Assembly: GCF_004010195.1 (NCBI RefSeq)
Contig: NW_025215056.1
Location: 7,789-60,941, forward strand
DNA from: Chiloscyllium plagiosum
Lineage: Eukaryota
DNA: 53,153 nucleotides
Direction of reading: 5' to 3'
In this document: positions 51,724 to 53,153 of the stretch, in pieces
Position numbering within the stretch: position 1 is the first letter of the stretch
Layout of the letters: the number at the start of each line of letters is the position of its first letter
Notes under the pieces: generated by a model
Told to the model about the DNA's origin: nothing
The model's database searches: none
What the model saw: only the letters and a program-made list of their open reading frames with translations
Translations under genes and position numbers: made by a program

Positions 51724-52454
51724 GCTTTGGGTAAACTCTGCAGGGCACCTTCTAACGGAGAAAGCTCAAACATGTACCCATTGACCTCTAAAGATGGCAT
51801 CATTGCCAGGGATCACCGAATATCCAGGGGCATCCGGGCGATGGTGAATACCTCCAACCATGATGGGTGGGAGAATCGGGCTGGTATTGAATGAGAGGGA
51901 CACCATGGGATGGGGTGGGTAGTTAATGAGGTGAGTCCGATACGATAGCACCAGGAAACTAGCTCAGCCTCACGCGGACGATCCCTCTGTCACACTCAAG
52001 GAAAATCAAACAAAGATAAATTATTGTTAGAATCTGCCCAATGAGTCATAGATTCTGTGGAAACTAATTCCAGTTACAAAGATGCAGAACAAATGCTTAT
52101 CTGACTTCACACCAATATCCCTTTTTCCCATCTTTCCTGGGAAGACTGGCTCATGTTGCAGGATGCTATCGAAGTGGCTACATTTCAGCATTCTGAAACC
52201 TGGGAACATGACACTGTCTCTCAGTCACCCCCATCTCTGTCTATACCCCAAACCCCTCTCATGTGGTGATATTTAAATTGATTCCCCCGCCATCTCTCTC
52301 TGGCAGTGACGTTCACACCTACAGCACCCACTTGTTAGGGCACAATGGGGAAAGGAAGCTGTAAATGGGTGGGAGCTGCACATCCTGTCACTTCTAGCAC
52401 GGGCTGCAATCTTCCCCACACTGGGCAGGGATCTAACACAGTGTTACCAGCAAA

Positions 52455-52714
52455 GCACTGGGGTGGGACACACAGTCCTACATGCAAGAAGGGTAACTGC
52501 TCCTAGTTTACAGATCAATGCACTGGGGTGATGTACACAGTCCTACATGCTGGGAGGGGAATTGCTCCTGGGTTACACATCAATGCACTGGGGTGGGGTG
52601 CACAGTCCTACATGCTGGGAGGGGAAGTGCTTCTGGGTTACACATCAATGCACTGGGGTGTGGTACACAGTCCTCCATGCTGGGAGGGTAACAGCTCCTG
52701 GTTTACAGATCAAT
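52455..52714 (+). repeat. 65-bp minisatellite x4
   Basis: GCACTGGGGTG starts at 52455, 52520, 52585 and 52650. Confidence 0.95.
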
Positions 52715-52883
52715 TCACGGGTGATCACTGCATAGGTCACTGTGACTATCTGGTTGAGGTTTATAGATAATGCAATGATGTGGTCAGTGCAGCTCACAGT
52801 GTTGGACAGATATGTAGCTTGTGCACAGTACATCATGTTGGTGGGGTGGATAGGGGTTAAAGGTGATGGACAGGTCAAGCAGA

Positions 52884-53029
52884 TCCCTGAACGTTCTGTC
52901 CCCGACATTCTATAACTGACATTCCCCGGAACGTTCTGTCCCCGACATTCTATAACTGACATTCCCTGGAACGTTCTGTCCCTGACATTCTATTACTGCC
53001 ATTCCCCGGAACATTCTGTCCCTGACATT
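52884..53029 (+). repeat. 40-bp minisatellite x~3.6
   Basis: GAACRTTCTGTCCC at 52889, 52929, 52969 and 53009. Confidence 0.95.
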
Positions 53030-53153
53030 GTTTGTGAACGGCCGGACGTCAGTGATTTGAAGACTGATCCCGAGTGAAGAGATCACGTTCCATTGAGAAA
53101 GAGATACTGTCCCGAAGGACCCTCAGGCAGTTAAAGGGGTGAATACGTTTTCC

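Noticed and set aside
51495..51951. ORF-track peptides 51495-51803 and 51766-51951 as real proteins
   Set aside because: Off-frame readings; the homologous signal is the frameshifted Myb/SANT reading described separately.

Overview
Eukaryotic, repeat-saturated window, most likely from a shark or other elasmobranch (HE1-type SINE, CR1 LINEs and Penelope termini; this assignment is an inference). No intact protein-coding gene is visible. Bases ~94-24701 are a degenerate, C/A-rich 35-bp tandem satellite (consensus AGCCTGACCCTCACCGCCGTCCACACACCGCCCCC) with kb-scale higher-order structure. It carries five visible copies of a ~185-225-bp palindromic Penelope-derived cassette whose centre is two head-to-head minimal type I hammerhead ribozyme motifs. 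The remainder is nested, decayed transposons: CR1-type LINEs on both strands, two Penelope-like families (GIY-YIG remnants plus hammerheads), a Gmr1-like Gypsy LTR element (gag-PR-IN-RT-RH order), a related solo LTR, SINEs, a spliced Myb/SANT pseudogene of probable PIF/Harbinger origin, and mini/microsatellites. There are three assembly gaps. The most notable signal is the double-hammerhead palindromic cassette, which is found both as independent insertions with ~15-bp TSDs and amplified inside the satellite. Many copies have core mutations, so activity is unproven.
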